64,000 nt of DNA from an uncultured Pseudomonadota bacterium. Lineage in GTDB: Bacteria > Myxococcota_A > Polyangia > Fen-1088. Shown here piece by piece: positions 21,164 through 31,070 of this stretch. Location of the stretch: the NCBI GenBank assembly GCA_963847705.1, contig CAWKBC010000017.1, positions 1 to 64,000 of the forward strand. The letters are read 5' to 3'. Position numbers and translations under genes: made by a program. A model generated the notes under the pieces. It was given only the letters and a program-made list of their open reading frames with translations, searched no databases and was not told the origin of the DNA. Position 1 is the stretch's first letter. Each line of letters opens with the position of its first letter.

Positions 21164-22473
21164 TCTGGATCAGCTACACGACGCGCTACCGCACCGGCAG
21201 CGACAAGTTCGCGCGCGCCGCCGAGACAATGCGGGAGGAGCTGGCGGCGAAGCACCCCGGCGTCGAGGTCCGTCTCGAGCCGCTGGTCCGCAAGGGGGAC
21301 TTCGTCGCCGCGCTCGCGCGGATCGCCGGCGAGGGGAAGCAGCTCGCCCAGCTTCACTTCCTGGGCCACTCGGGGATGTACGGGATCATGTTCGGCTCGG
21401 TCGACTGGCCGGAGCAGCTCAGCCCGCACGAGTGGCGGCAGCTGCGCATCCCCTTCGCGCCTGGCGCCCACGCCTATTTTCACGCCTGCCGCACCGGGCG
21501 GTGGTTCGCGCCGTTCTTCGCGCGCACCTTCGGCGTGCACGCCCACGGGCATCACGGCTACACCACCGTCTCGACGTCGCCCGAGCGGTTCACCTGGGAG
21601 CCGCTGCGCCTCGGAGGCGGAGGGCCGCTCTATCTCATCGCCTGTCCCGGGAAGAAGTCGCACGGGCTGTCGGGCGCGCTCACCAAGTACCTGGGCGCGC
21701 CTGCGGTCCCGATGGAGGTGTACGCACCGGAGGAGACCGGCGGCGACGCTTCGTACGACGCGGTGGCGGCGCTCTACGACCGGGCGTTCGCCGACATCCG
21801 GGTCCGGCGCGACGAGTGGCGCTGGCTCAACGCGCGGCTCGATCGCGCCGCCTTCCCCGCTGGACGCCCGCGTGTGCTCGACATCGGTTGCGGAACCGGG
21901 GCGCTCCTGCGCGCGCTGGCGGGACGGCTGACGACCGGCGTCGGTGTCGACACCTCCGCGAAGATGATCGCGCAGGCGGCGGCGCGCTCGGCGGGATCCG
22001 AGCAGCTGCGCTTCCAGAGGATCGACGGTCCGGCGCTGCCGTTCGCCACCGGCTCGTTCGACCTGGTGACGTCGTTTCTGTCGTTTCGCTACCTCGACTG
22101 GGATCCGATCATGCAAGAGATCCGGCGGGTGCTGGCGCCGGGCGGACACCTGATGATCGTGGACATGGTCGAGCGCGCGCTGGCCTGGCGCGACGCGGGC
22201 ACGCTGGCCAGGTCGGCCGCGAAGCACCTGCTGCGGCCGGTGCGCGATCGCCAGTTCGTGCGCGACGTCGCCGCGCTGACCGGCCACCCCGACTGGAAGA
22301 CGATGCTCAAGTACAACCCCATCCGCGCGCAGCACGAGTACCAGTGGTACCTGGAGAGCCGTTTCCCCGGCCGCAAGCTGGAGATCCTGAACGTCGGCCG
22401 CCGGCAGCGGCTGGTGGCCTTCGACACCGGGCCGCTCGCGCCGGGCGCCGTCGCGCCGCTGTCCTATCCGTGA
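21160..22473 (+). CDS. Class I SAM methyltransferase with N-terminal caspase/CHAT/DUF4347-like His-Cys domain
   Basis: N-terminal LHFLGHSG and YFHACRTG; C-terminal VLDIGCGTG, LPFATGSFDLV, RRVLAPGG; ATGA overlap with the cupin. Confidence 0.78.
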   Translation: MIWISYTTRYRTGSDKFARAAETMREELAAKHPGVEVRLEPLVRKGDFVAALARIAGEGKQLAQLHFLGHSGMYGIMFGSVDWPEQLSPHEWRQLRIPFAPGAHAYFHACRTGRWFAPFFARTFGVHAHGHHGYTTVSTSPERFTWEPLRLGGGGPLYLIACPGKKSHGLSGALTKYLGAPAVPMEVYAPEETGGDASYDAVAALYDRAFADIRVRRDEWRWLNARLDRAAFPAGRPRVLDIGCGTGALLRALAGRLTTGVGVDTSAKMIAQAAARSAGSEQLRFQRIDGPALPFATGSFDLVTSFLSFRYLDWDPIMQEIRRVLAPGGHLMIVDMVERALAWRDAGTLARSAAKHLLRPVRDRQFVRDVAALTGHPDWKTMLKYNPIRAQHEYQWYLESRFPGRKLEILNVGRRQRLVAFDTGPLAPGAVAPLSYP

Positions 22474-22480
22474 ACGGGTG

Positions 22481-23245
22481 ATGGAGCGCCTGGGCTTTCT
22501 CGACTGGGGGATCGGCGGCATCGGGATCTTCCGCGCCTTCCGGCGGCGCCGGCCGGAGGTCCCCGTCCTCTACTGGTCCGACACCGGCGCGACCCCCTAC
22601 GGACGGCTCCCGGCCGCCGCGCTGGCCGCGCGCGTGCGGCGCGTGTTGCGGGCGATGGCCGGGCAGGGCGTCACCCACGCCGTCGTCGCCTGCAACGCCG
22701 CCTCGACCATCCTGCCGGGACTGGGCGAGGTCGGGATTCCGGTGATGGGGGTGATCGAGCCGGCGATCGCCATGGTGTCGCCCGCGCTCGAGGGCGTGCT
22801 GGGCGTGGTGGGCGGCGCGCGGACCATCCGCTCCGGCCTCTACCGACGCGCGCTGGCGACGCCGCGGCGGCGGGTGGTCCAGCGGATCGCGCAGCCGCTG
22901 TCGGCGCACATCGAAGCCGGCCGCGTCGGCACGCCGGCGTTCGAACGCGATCTGGGGCGCATCCTGGCGCCGCTCGCCGGCGCCGACGCCATCCTGCTGG
23001 CCTGCACACACTACCCCTCGGCGGCGGAGGCGTTTCGGCGGTTGGCGCCGCGGGCGTCACTGCTCGATCCGGCCGAGGCCGTCGTCGAGACGCTCATCGC
23101 CCGCTGGCGGCTGCCGCGTGGGCGCGGCGATCTCTTCGTGACGACCGGATCGCCCGACGACATGCGCCGCGGCGCGCGCACGGCCTGGGGCAGCGACCTC
23201 GGTCGGTGCGCCGAGGCGCAAATCGGTCAGGGCGCGCGGCGGTAG
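22481..23245 (+). CDS. Glutamate/aspartate racemase family protein (MurI-like, divergent)
   Basis: FLDWGIGG; TPYG; VACNAAS; LLACTHYP (both catalytic Cys present). Confidence 0.82.
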   Translation: MERLGFLDWGIGGIGIFRAFRRRRPEVPVLYWSDTGATPYGRLPAAALAARVRRVLRAMAGQGVTHAVVACNAASTILPGLGEVGIPVMGVIEPAIAMVSPALEGVLGVVGGARTIRSGLYRRALATPRRRVVQRIAQPLSAHIEAGRVGTPAFERDLGRILAPLAGADAILLACTHYPSAAEAFRRLAPRASLLDPAEAVVETLIARWRLPRGRGDLFVTTGSPDDMRRGARTAWGSDLGRCAEAQIGQGARR

Positions 23246-23598
23246 GCGAGCTCGCCCCGCTCGGGATCGATCATCACCAGCGTATCGTGCCCGGTGAGGC
23301 GCAACGTCACCGGCCCGGTGGGCTTGTCGATCCGGAGCGCGTCGACCGATCCCGCCGTGAGGTCGAGCGTCGTCCGAAAGTAGGGGACGCCGTCGACGTA
23401 AGAGGTCATCTCGCCAGCAGCCGAGATCTCGAACGCGGAGCCGCTCGCCTCGCGCTCGACCTCCGCCATCGCAGACTCCAGCGCCGCCGGATCGCGGAGC
23501 TGCTGGGTCAGCCGCGCGCGGTGGTGCTGGCGAACCCGGTCGGTGAGCTGGAACTGCCAGCGTCCGACGAGGAGCTGCCGGTCGAAGGGGGAGGGCAT
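23227..23598 (-). CDS. Hypothetical protein (lipocalin-like beta pattern)
   Basis: MPSPFDRQLLVGRWQF..DTLVMIDPERGELAYRR; non-repetitive protein-like ORF filling the gap between flanking genes. Confidence 0.55.
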   Translation of the reverse strand: MPSPFDRQLLVGRWQFQLTDRVRQHHRARLTQQLRDPAALESAMAEVEREASGSAFEISAAGEMTSYVDGVPYFRTTLDLTAGSVDALRIDKPTGPVTLRLTGHDTLVMIDPERGELAYRRAP

Positions 23599-23716
23599 CG
23601 ACCGCGGATTTTCGCAGAGCCGGCGACCGGAGCGATGGTTTTTGATCGGGCGGCCAGGATCCTCGTAGAGCCCGTTGCCCCCGCGGCGGCCGGCCCCACC
23701 TTGGGTCGAGCCACCC

Positions 23717-24646
23717 ATGGGAACCGCGCGGCAGCCTCCCCCCGGCGGAGCGGAATCCCTCCGCACGGTCGTCATCGCGCTCCTGGCCAACGCCGGCATC
23801 GCCGCCGCGAAGTTCGTCGCCGCGCTGCTCACCCGATCGAGCGCCATGCTGGCGGAGGCGATTCACGCCACCGCCGACACCGGCAATCAGGTCCTGCTCC
23901 TGCTCGCCGATCGGCTGGCGCGGCGGCCGGCCGACGAGTCGCATCCGCTCGGGCACGGGCGCGAGGCCTACTTCTGGGCGCTGGTCGCCGCGCTGGGGAT
24001 GTTCATGACCGGCGCGCTCTTGGCGGTGCGGCAGGGGATCATGGAGCTGTTTCACCCGGTGCGGGTGTCGTCGCCGCTGGCGGCCTACGTGGTGCTGGGC
24101 ATCGCCTTCTGCCTCGACGGCATGTCGCTGATGCGCGCCTACCGGCAGCTCAAGCGGGAGGCCACCCGTCTCGACCTCGAGTTCCTCGAGCACTTCGACC
24201 GCAGCTCCGATCCGGTGGGTCGCGCCGTCTTCGCCGAGGACGCGGTGGCGATGGTCGGGAACGTCGTCGCCTTCGTGGGGATCGTGCTCGATCGGCTCAC
24301 CGGGTCGGCGATCCCGGATGCGGCGGGCGCGCTGACCATCGGCGTCTGTCTGGCCGTCGTCGCGCTGGATCTGACCCGGCGGAACCGCGACTTTCTCGTC
24401 GGGCGGCAGGCCTCGAAGGCGCTGCGGGACGGGCTCTGTCAGCTGATCTCGCGGCAGCCGGGCGTCACGGCCGTCGACGAGCTGTGGGTGACCTTCGTCG
24501 GACCGCGGCGCCTCTGGGTGGTGGCGCGCATCCAGATCGACGACGCGCTCGACGGCCGGGCGATGAAGCGCCTGCTGCGCGCGACCGAGGCCGCGGTGCA
24601 GGCCCAGTCGACGTCGTTCGAGCGCGTCGACCTGGTTCCGAGCTGA
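23717..24646 (+). CDS. Cation diffusion facilitator family transporter
   Basis: SSAMLAEAIHATADTGNQ; HPLGHGREAYFW; FAED. Confidence 0.9.
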   Translation: MGTARQPPPGGAESLRTVVIALLANAGIAAAKFVAALLTRSSAMLAEAIHATADTGNQVLLLLADRLARRPADESHPLGHGREAYFWALVAALGMFMTGALLAVRQGIMELFHPVRVSSPLAAYVVLGIAFCLDGMSLMRAYRQLKREATRLDLEFLEHFDRSSDPVGRAVFAEDAVAMVGNVVAFVGIVLDRLTGSAIPDAAGALTIGVCLAVVALDLTRRNRDFLVGRQASKALRDGLCQLISRQPGVTAVDELWVTFVGPRRLWVVARIQIDDALDGRAMKRLLRATEAAVQAQSTSFERVDLVPS

Positions 24647-24658
24647 GGGCGCCTCGCC

Positions 24659-25081
24659 CTAACGCTGGTACACCTCGGGATCCCAGCGCTCCATGTAGCC
24701 GTCGACCTTCGCGAGCGGAGTGAAGCCGTAGCGCGCGTAGAGCCCGTGCGCGTCACGCGTGACCAGGACCCAGCGGCGCAGCCCCTGCAACTCCGGGTGG
24801 GCGACGATCGTTTCCATCAGCAGCTTGCTGAGCCCGCGGCCCCGATGCGAAGGAAGGACGAAGACGTCGGCCAGATAGGCGAAGGTGGCGTGGTCGGTGG
24901 CCACCCGCGCGAACCCGACCTGCGCCTCGCCGTCGAACAGGCTGAAGCTGAGGGAGTTCGCCACCGCCCGCTCGAACACCGCGCGCGGGATTCCCTTCGC
25001 CCAGTACGACTGCGAAAGAAATCCGTACACGAGCTCCTTGTCGAGCTTTGCCGGATCTGTCGTGACGAAGCAGGTGCTCAT
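24659..25081 (-). CDS. GNAT family N-acetyltransferase
   Basis: SYWAKG; QVGFARV; DVFVLPSHRGRGL; DAHGLYARYGF. Confidence 0.9.
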   Translation of the reverse strand: MSTCFVTTDPAKLDKELVYGFLSQSYWAKGIPRAVFERAVANSLSFSLFDGEAQVGFARVATDHATFAYLADVFVLPSHRGRGLSKLLMETIVAHPELQGLRRWVLVTRDAHGLYARYGFTPLAKVDGYMERWDPEVYQR

Positions 25082-25199
25082 GCGGGTGATTCTAGAGTGC
25101 GTCACAGAATTGTTACCAGGTCGATGCGCGGCGCGAACGGAGGACCTCGTAGTGTGGCGGCGCAGTTTTTGTCCGCTCGCCTCTCGTCGAAGGAGACTC

Positions 25200-27712
25200 A
25201 TGACCTCGCGATCGAATCTCGGTAGGTTGGCGCTCAGGTCCGCGCTTGGAATCGGCCTCGCTCTGGCGCTCCTGTCGGGCGCCGGCTGCTCGGAGAGCCA
25301 ACCGGTCGCCATGCCGCAGACGGGGACCCTGGCGCTGGCCATCGAGGCGGGCAGCGAGACCTTCGCGTCGTTCAACTACCAGATCACCGGGCCGAATGGG
25401 TTTGCCACGTCGGGCACCATCGACGTCTCGTCGAGCGCCACGGTGAGCGCGGTCATCGGCGGCCTCCCCGCCGGCAAGGGGTTCATCATCACCCTCACCG
25501 GCAAGAGCGAGGACGGCTCGATCAACTGCCTGGGGAGCGCGCCGTTCGACGTGACGGCCGGGACCACGGTGGCCGTGACGGTGGCGCTGGAGTGCCATCA
25601 GATCGTCGTCACCGGCACCCTGTCGGTCTCGGGGACCTTGAACGTCTGTCCGGTCATCGACGCTCTCGGTGCCAACCCAGCGGAGGTGACCGTGGGGAGC
25701 ACCCTGGCGCTCAGCGCGACCGCCCACGACGCCGACGGCGGGCCGGCGGCGCTCAGCTATGGGTGGAGCACGACCGCCGGCGCACTCAGCGATGCGGGCG
25801 CGCAGAACCCGGTCTTCACTTGCACCGCGGCGGGGCCGGCGACGATCACTCTGGCGGTCAGCGACGGCGATCCGGGCTGCGCGGCCTCGCAGACGATCAC
25901 CGTCAACTGCGACGCCGCCTTCGCGCTGCGGGCCTCGCCGGCGGAGCTCTCGCCCGGTCAGTCGTCGGCGTTGCAGCTGATCGCCACCGACGGCGCGGCC
26001 CATGCGGGTGCGACTTACACCTGGGGCGACGGGCTCGACACCTTCCAGACGGGTGTCTGGTCCCCGAGCCCGATCACCTCGTCGGGGGCGGTGAGCTACA
26101 CGCCGGCGGGTTGCAACGCGCTCGGCGGCGGCGACCACGTCCTGTCCGTGACGGTGGCGATCGCCGATCCGCTGCTTGCGGTCGCCGGCAGCGCGGCGGC
26201 GTCCATCACCGTCCACTGCCCGGCGTCCTACTACACGACCAAGACGCCGTACCAGCCCATGCAGGACCCGTCGACGATCAGCGCGCCGCCGCCCGGCTTT
26301 CAGCCGGTGTTCGTGGAATCGGTCACCCGTCACGGCTCGCGCGGCCTCTCCAGCGTCAAGTACGACGCGGCGACGCTGGCGATGTGGAACCAGGCGTCGG
26401 CGGACGGCGCGCTGACGCCGCTCGGTGCCTCGCTCGGCCCCGACGTGCAGGCGATCATGCGGGCCAACGCGCTCCTTGGGTACAAGGTCCCGGGGATCAC
26501 CAACCCCGGCTACGGGAACCTCACGCAGATCGGGATCAACGAGCAGAAGCAGCTCGCGGTGCGCCTCCTGCAGCGGCTGCCCGACTACTTCGCGGACGTG
26601 GCGGCCAGCGCGGGGAGCGCGAGCCCGCGGCAGATCGTGACCGTCAGCTCGGGGATGGACCGCGCGGTCGACAGCGACGCGCTGTTCTCCGGATCGCTGG
26701 CGGCCACCAATCCTGCGTTGGCGCCGCTCATCGTTCCGACCGCGCCGCTCACCGCCTACCCGGCGAACAAGCCGGTGGCCCAGCTGCCGGGCGTGAATCA
26801 CTTCCTTCTCTACTTCCACAAGTTGACCGCGGCCGCCGATCTGGTGACCAGCCCGGCCGATCCGTTCTTTCAGACCTACCAGGACAGCCTGGCGTTCCAG
26901 GCGTTCGCCGCGAACGCCGACCTGACGGCGAAGGTGGCCGCGGTCCTGGCCGATCCGACGGTGACCACCGCCGCCCGGGCGGTGCTGGAATCCCTGTTCG
27001 CGCCCTCCTTCGTCGACAAGATCGCCAACGGCACCTACAGCTTCTCGAACGCTGGCTCGTTCACCTTCACCAGCGACGACGGTCTCTTCACGACGACGGT
27101 GACCGGCGACGGCAAGACCAAGGTGAAGAGCCTCTCCGACGCGGCGTCGATGCTCTACAACCTCTACGTGGTCGCGCCGGCGATGGTGAACGAGCTGCCG
27201 GCCGGGTTCGACTTCACCAAGTACATTCCGGTCGCGCAGGCGCAGACGCTGGCCTACTGCAGGACGCGCAGGACTTCTACCAGATGGGGCCGAGCATCCT
27301 GGAGGACAACCCGGTGACCTACAAGATGGCCCAGGCGTTGGAGGACGATCTCTTCACCGAGATCGACGCCATCGCCAACGGCGATCTCTCTCACGCCGCC
27401 AAGCTGCGCTTCACCCACGCCGAGATCATCTGCCCGATCGCCAACCTCCTCGGCCTCGACGGCGCCGCCACCGCGGTGCCGCTGGCGGGCACGTACACCT
27501 ACGCCAACAATCCCTGGCGCGGCCAGGTGGTGGCTTCGATGGCCACCAATCAGCAGTGGGAGGTCTTCCGGAACGCGGCCGGTACCCTGCTGGTGCGCCT
27601 CCTCTACGACGAGAAGGAGATCGACTTCAAGCCGTCCTGCGCCGGCGCGCGCTACCTGCCGGGAACGCACTTTTACGAGTATCAGGCGCTCAAGGCTTGC
27701 TACGGCCACTGA
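25200..27712 (+). CDS. Lipoprotein histidine acid phosphatase (MINPP/phytase-like) with N-terminal Ig/PKD-like domains; -1 frameshift near 27258
   Basis: Lipobox GAGC; RHGSR; after the shift LQDAQDFYQMGPS..RFTHAEII; AGGAG SD before ATG 25200. Confidence 0.8.
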
Positions 27713-27828
27713 GCGCGCGCCAGACGCCGGCGCGCGCGTCAGGAAGCCCTGAGCGCGCGCCAGACAGCCGGGGCGCGCGTCAGGACGCCCTGAGCGCGCC
27801 AGACAGCCGGCGCGCGCGTCAGGACGCC
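27709..27828. repeat. Three tandem palindromic units of about 40 bp (REP-like)
   Basis: CTGAGCGCGCGCCAGAC(A)GCCGGCGCGCGCGTCAGGA(A/C)GCC x3 with small indels. Confidence 0.8.
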
Positions 27829-27945
27829 GACACCGTCGCGACGCGCGCCGGGTAGGCCGAGGTCAGTCTGTGACCCACGCGTGCGTGCAAGTTTGCGCCG
27901 CGAATCGTAAGCGGGACGACCTCTGGGGCGGAAAAGTGCCCCGGG

Positions 27946-29514
27946 GTGAATCCGCGCTCAATCGGCGACGTTCCGGCGTCGATGATGTTTGCTCGCGGGG
28001 GGAAGGTGGAATCTTTGCAGATCAAGCCGGAGAGATTCGGTCGCTACGTCCTTCTCGATCGGATCGGCGCGGGCGGGATGGCCGAGGTGTTCCGCGCGGT
28101 GATGCCCGGCGTGGAGGGGTTCCAGCGGACCTTCGTGGTCAAGCGAATCCTGGCCGAGCGGGCGCAGTCGCCGTACTTCGTCGAGATGTTCGTTCAGGAG
28201 GCGCGCATCAACGCGCTCCTGCACCACCCGAACATCGTGCAGGTGTTCGACTTCGGAAACGTCGGCGGCACCTACTTCCTGGCCATGGAGTACGTGAGTG
28301 GGCGCGACGTCTCGGAGCTCCTGAGGCGCCTGCGCCATCGTGAACGTCCCTGCCCGCCGGGGGTGGCGGCCTTCATCGCGCGCGAGGTGGCGGGGGCGCT
28401 GGCCTACGCCCACACGCTGGCCGCCCCCGACGGCGCCGCGTTGAACATCGTTCACCGCGACATCAGCCCGTCCAACATCATCTGCCCGCGGACGGGCGGG
28501 GTGAAGCTGCTCGACTTCGGGATCGCCAAGGCGCTGAGCGACCCGGAGGGCGAGAAGACGGGCCACGGCCTCTTCAAGGGGAAGCTCTCGTACATCGCGC
28601 CCGAGCGGATCAAGGACCTGCCCGTCGATGCCCGCGCGGACCTGTTCGCCCTCGGCGCCGTGCTCTGGGAGATGCTGGCGGGGCGGAAGCTGTTTCGGGG
28701 GAAGAGCGACTTCGAGACGTTGAAGAACGTGGCGGAGCTGGAGGTGCCGCCACCGTCGTCGATCCGCCCCGACGCCCCGCCCGAGCTGGATCGTGTCGTC
28801 GCCCGCGCGCTGGCCCGCGAGCCGGCGGAGCGCTACCAGACGGCGCAGGCGCTGGCCGACGATCTCGACCGGGTGCTGGAGGAGCTGCGCCACCAGCCGC
28901 GGGCGCTGCCCGAGCTCTTGCACGAGCTGTTCGGCGCCGAGCTCTCCTCCCGGCAGATTCCGACGACGACGCTGACCGCCGAGATGCTGGCCGCCTGCAG
29001 GGCCGATTCCTCGAGCGCCGGCGGCAGCGCCGGTGCCAGCGCCGGCGCCCGCATGATGGCCCCGACGCCGCTCGGAGCCGCGCCTGCGCCCGAGCGAGAC
29101 GAGTACAGCATCTCGATCGGGCCGGGGGCACCGGTCCGGACACCGTCACGATGGCTGTCGTGGGTCGCCGCGAGCGTCGGGACCGCCACGCTGCTGCTGT
29201 TGCTGGTGGCCCGCGGCGGGGGCGCCCGTTCTCAGGGGGCAACGCTGCCGCCGCCTCCGGTCGTTTCGCTCGGGGTGACGTCCCCCGCGCTCGCGCTCCC
29301 GGCGGCCGGCAAGAACGAGCCGCCGGTCTCCGGCGCCGCGGAGGCGCCAGGCCAGGCCCGGAGACAGCCACAACTCCGGGCAGGGGAGGCTCCGACCGAG
29401 GAAACATCCCCCAGCAGGCCCGCGCATCGCGCGCACGGGTCGGGCAAGGGGCGCATCGCCCGCGGCCTCTCGGTCAATCCGTTCGCCGAGGCGGCCGCGC
29501 GGGTGGGGCGATGA
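27946..29514 (+). CDS. Hanks-type Ser/Thr protein kinase with transmembrane segment
   Basis: IGAGGMAEV; VVKRI; HRDISPSN; DFG; YIAPE; start may be slightly downstream (ATG 27982/27985). Confidence 0.93.
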   Translation: MNPRSIGDVPASMMFARGGKVESLQIKPERFGRYVLLDRIGAGGMAEVFRAVMPGVEGFQRTFVVKRILAERAQSPYFVEMFVQEARINALLHHPNIVQVFDFGNVGGTYFLAMEYVSGRDVSELLRRLRHRERPCPPGVAAFIAREVAGALAYAHTLAAPDGAALNIVHRDISPSNIICPRTGGVKLLDFGIAKALSDPEGEKTGHGLFKGKLSYIAPERIKDLPVDARADLFALGAVLWEMLAGRKLFRGKSDFETLKNVAELEVPPPSSIRPDAPPELDRVVARALAREPAERYQTAQALADDLDRVLEELRHQPRALPELLHELFGAELSSRQIPTTTLTAEMLAACRADSSSAGGSAGASAGARMMAPTPLGAAPAPERDEYSISIGPGAPVRTPSRWLSWVAASVGTATLLLLLVARGGGARSQGATLPPPPVVSLGVTSPALALPAAGKNEPPVSGAAEAPGQARRQPQLRAGEAPTEETSPSRPAHRAHGSGKGRIARGLSVNPFAEAAARVGR

Positions 29515-30188
29515 CGGGCGCGCGGCGCGCGGCGTGGTCGGCCGTCGTCGCGCTCGCACTCGTCGTGAGCGCGGTCGTTGGACCGGCCGCGCTGGCCGCG
29601 CCCAGTGCCGCCGAGCGGGAGGCGCGCCGCCACTTCGACGACGCCGAGCTCTCCTATCGCGCCGGCCGCTACGCCGAGGCCTTGGCCAAGTACCAGGCCG
29701 GCTACGCAGCCGTGCCGCTGCCGGGGTTTCTGGTGAACATCGCGCAGTGCCAGCGGCGCCTCGGCGATCTGAAGACCGCGCGCGCCACCTACCGCGAGTT
29801 CGTGCTGGTGGCGCCCGATTCGCACCTGGTGCCCGAGGTCGAGACCCTCATCAAGCAGCTCGACACGCTGATCGCCAATCTGGCCTCGGGTGGATCGGGC
29901 CAGCCGGTGGTGGAAGTCGGAGCTGGCGGCGCCGACGTGCACGCCACGGATCCCTCGGCGCCGCCGCTTTCTCTCGCTCCCGTGGCGCCGACAGAGGCGA
30001 CGGCGCTCGTCGCCAGCCCGGTGCCGGTCGCCCCGGAGACGGCGCGGCCCCGCTCGCAGGCCCGCTGGTGGCTCTGGGGCGGCATCGCCCTGGCGGCCGT
30101 CGTCGGCGGCGTGGTGACAGGAATCGCGCTGTCGTCGCCGGGGACGACGACGATTCACGCGGGTTCGCTGGGGACGCTCAGCCGCTAG
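29511..30188 (+). CDS. Exported TPR protein with C-terminal Trp-rich membrane segment
   Basis: Signal peptide; ARRHF..YRAGRYAEAL..NIAQCQRRLG; RWWLWGG tail. Confidence 0.8.
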   Translation: MTGARRAAWSAVVALALVVSAVVGPAALAAPSAAEREARRHFDDAELSYRAGRYAEALAKYQAGYAAVPLPGFLVNIAQCQRRLGDLKTARATYREFVLVAPDSHLVPEVETLIKQLDTLIANLASGGSGQPVVEVGAGGADVHATDPSAPPLSLAPVAPTEATALVASPVPVAPETARPRSQARWWLWGGIALAAVVGGVVTGIALSSPGTTTIHAGSLGTLSR

Positions 30189-30199
30189 GGCAGCCGACG

Positions 30200-31024
30200 A
30201 TGCGAGTCACCATCGACCGCCGGGCGCTCGCTCTCGCAGGGGTGCTCGTCGCTGCGGCGGGCTGTCGAAGCTCGCAGGAGGTTCCCGAGGCGGGGGCACT
30301 CCTTCTGGAGGTCAGCCTCGCGGCGGGCGCCCGGACGCCCGACGAGGTTCGGGTCTTCGGCTACGACGACACGGGGGTCCTGTGGAGCGACCAGCGCGTT
30401 CCCGCGCAAGGACCGCTGGTCCCGCAGAGCGCGACGGCGCTGGGAACGATCCTGATTCAACCCGGCGTGACCGTCGGCGAGCTGCGGTTCGACCTGCGGG
30501 GGCTCTCCTCCGGCGCGCTGGTCGACGAGGGGACCTTGAAGATTCCGGCGGCTTCGGCGACGGGCGGGACCTTCGAGGTGACGCTGGCTTCGGCGCTGCC
30601 GGCCGACAGCGATGGCGACGGCGTCCCCGATCCGATCGACGACTGCCCGTCGGTGCCCGATCCGAAACAGGCCGGCTGCGCGGCCGACGGCGGCGTCCCC
30701 GATGCGGCGAGCGGGCACCGAGACGCGGCGGCCGACGCCCGCCCGGATGGACCGGCCGTTCATCCGGACGCGGGGCGCGCGGACGCGGGCCGCACCGTGC
30801 CGCCCAAAGCCCAGGGAACGGCGTGCGGCGCCGCCCGCGAGTGCGCCAGCGGCTTCTGCAAGGACGGCGTCTGTTGCGACAGCGCTTGCACCGAAAGCTG
30901 CAACAGCTGCGCGACGGGGAGGTGCACCGAGGTCAAGAACGGCCCCGACGATCCGGAGTGCATCGCCCCCAAGTCCTGCAACAACAAAGGGAAGTGCGTC
31001 ACCGCCAGCGGTGGCGGCAACTGA
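30200..31024 (+). CDS. Cys-rich lipoprotein with thrombospondin type 3-like Ca-binding motif
   Basis: Lipobox AAGC; DSDGDGVPDPIDDCP; CASGFCKDGVCCDSAC. Confidence 0.8.
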   Translation: MRVTIDRRALALAGVLVAAAGCRSSQEVPEAGALLLEVSLAAGARTPDEVRVFGYDDTGVLWSDQRVPAQGPLVPQSATALGTILIQPGVTVGELRFDLRGLSSGALVDEGTLKIPAASATGGTFEVTLASALPADSDGDGVPDPIDDCPSVPDPKQAGCAADGGVPDAASGHRDAAADARPDGPAVHPDAGRADAGRTVPPKAQGTACGAARECASGFCKDGVCCDSACTESCNSCATGRCTEVKNGPDDPECIAPKSCNNKGKCVTASGGGN

Positions 31025-31070
31025 GCTCGCGCCCGCTGCTCGCTCGTTCGCGTGGTGATAGGGTGGGGGC

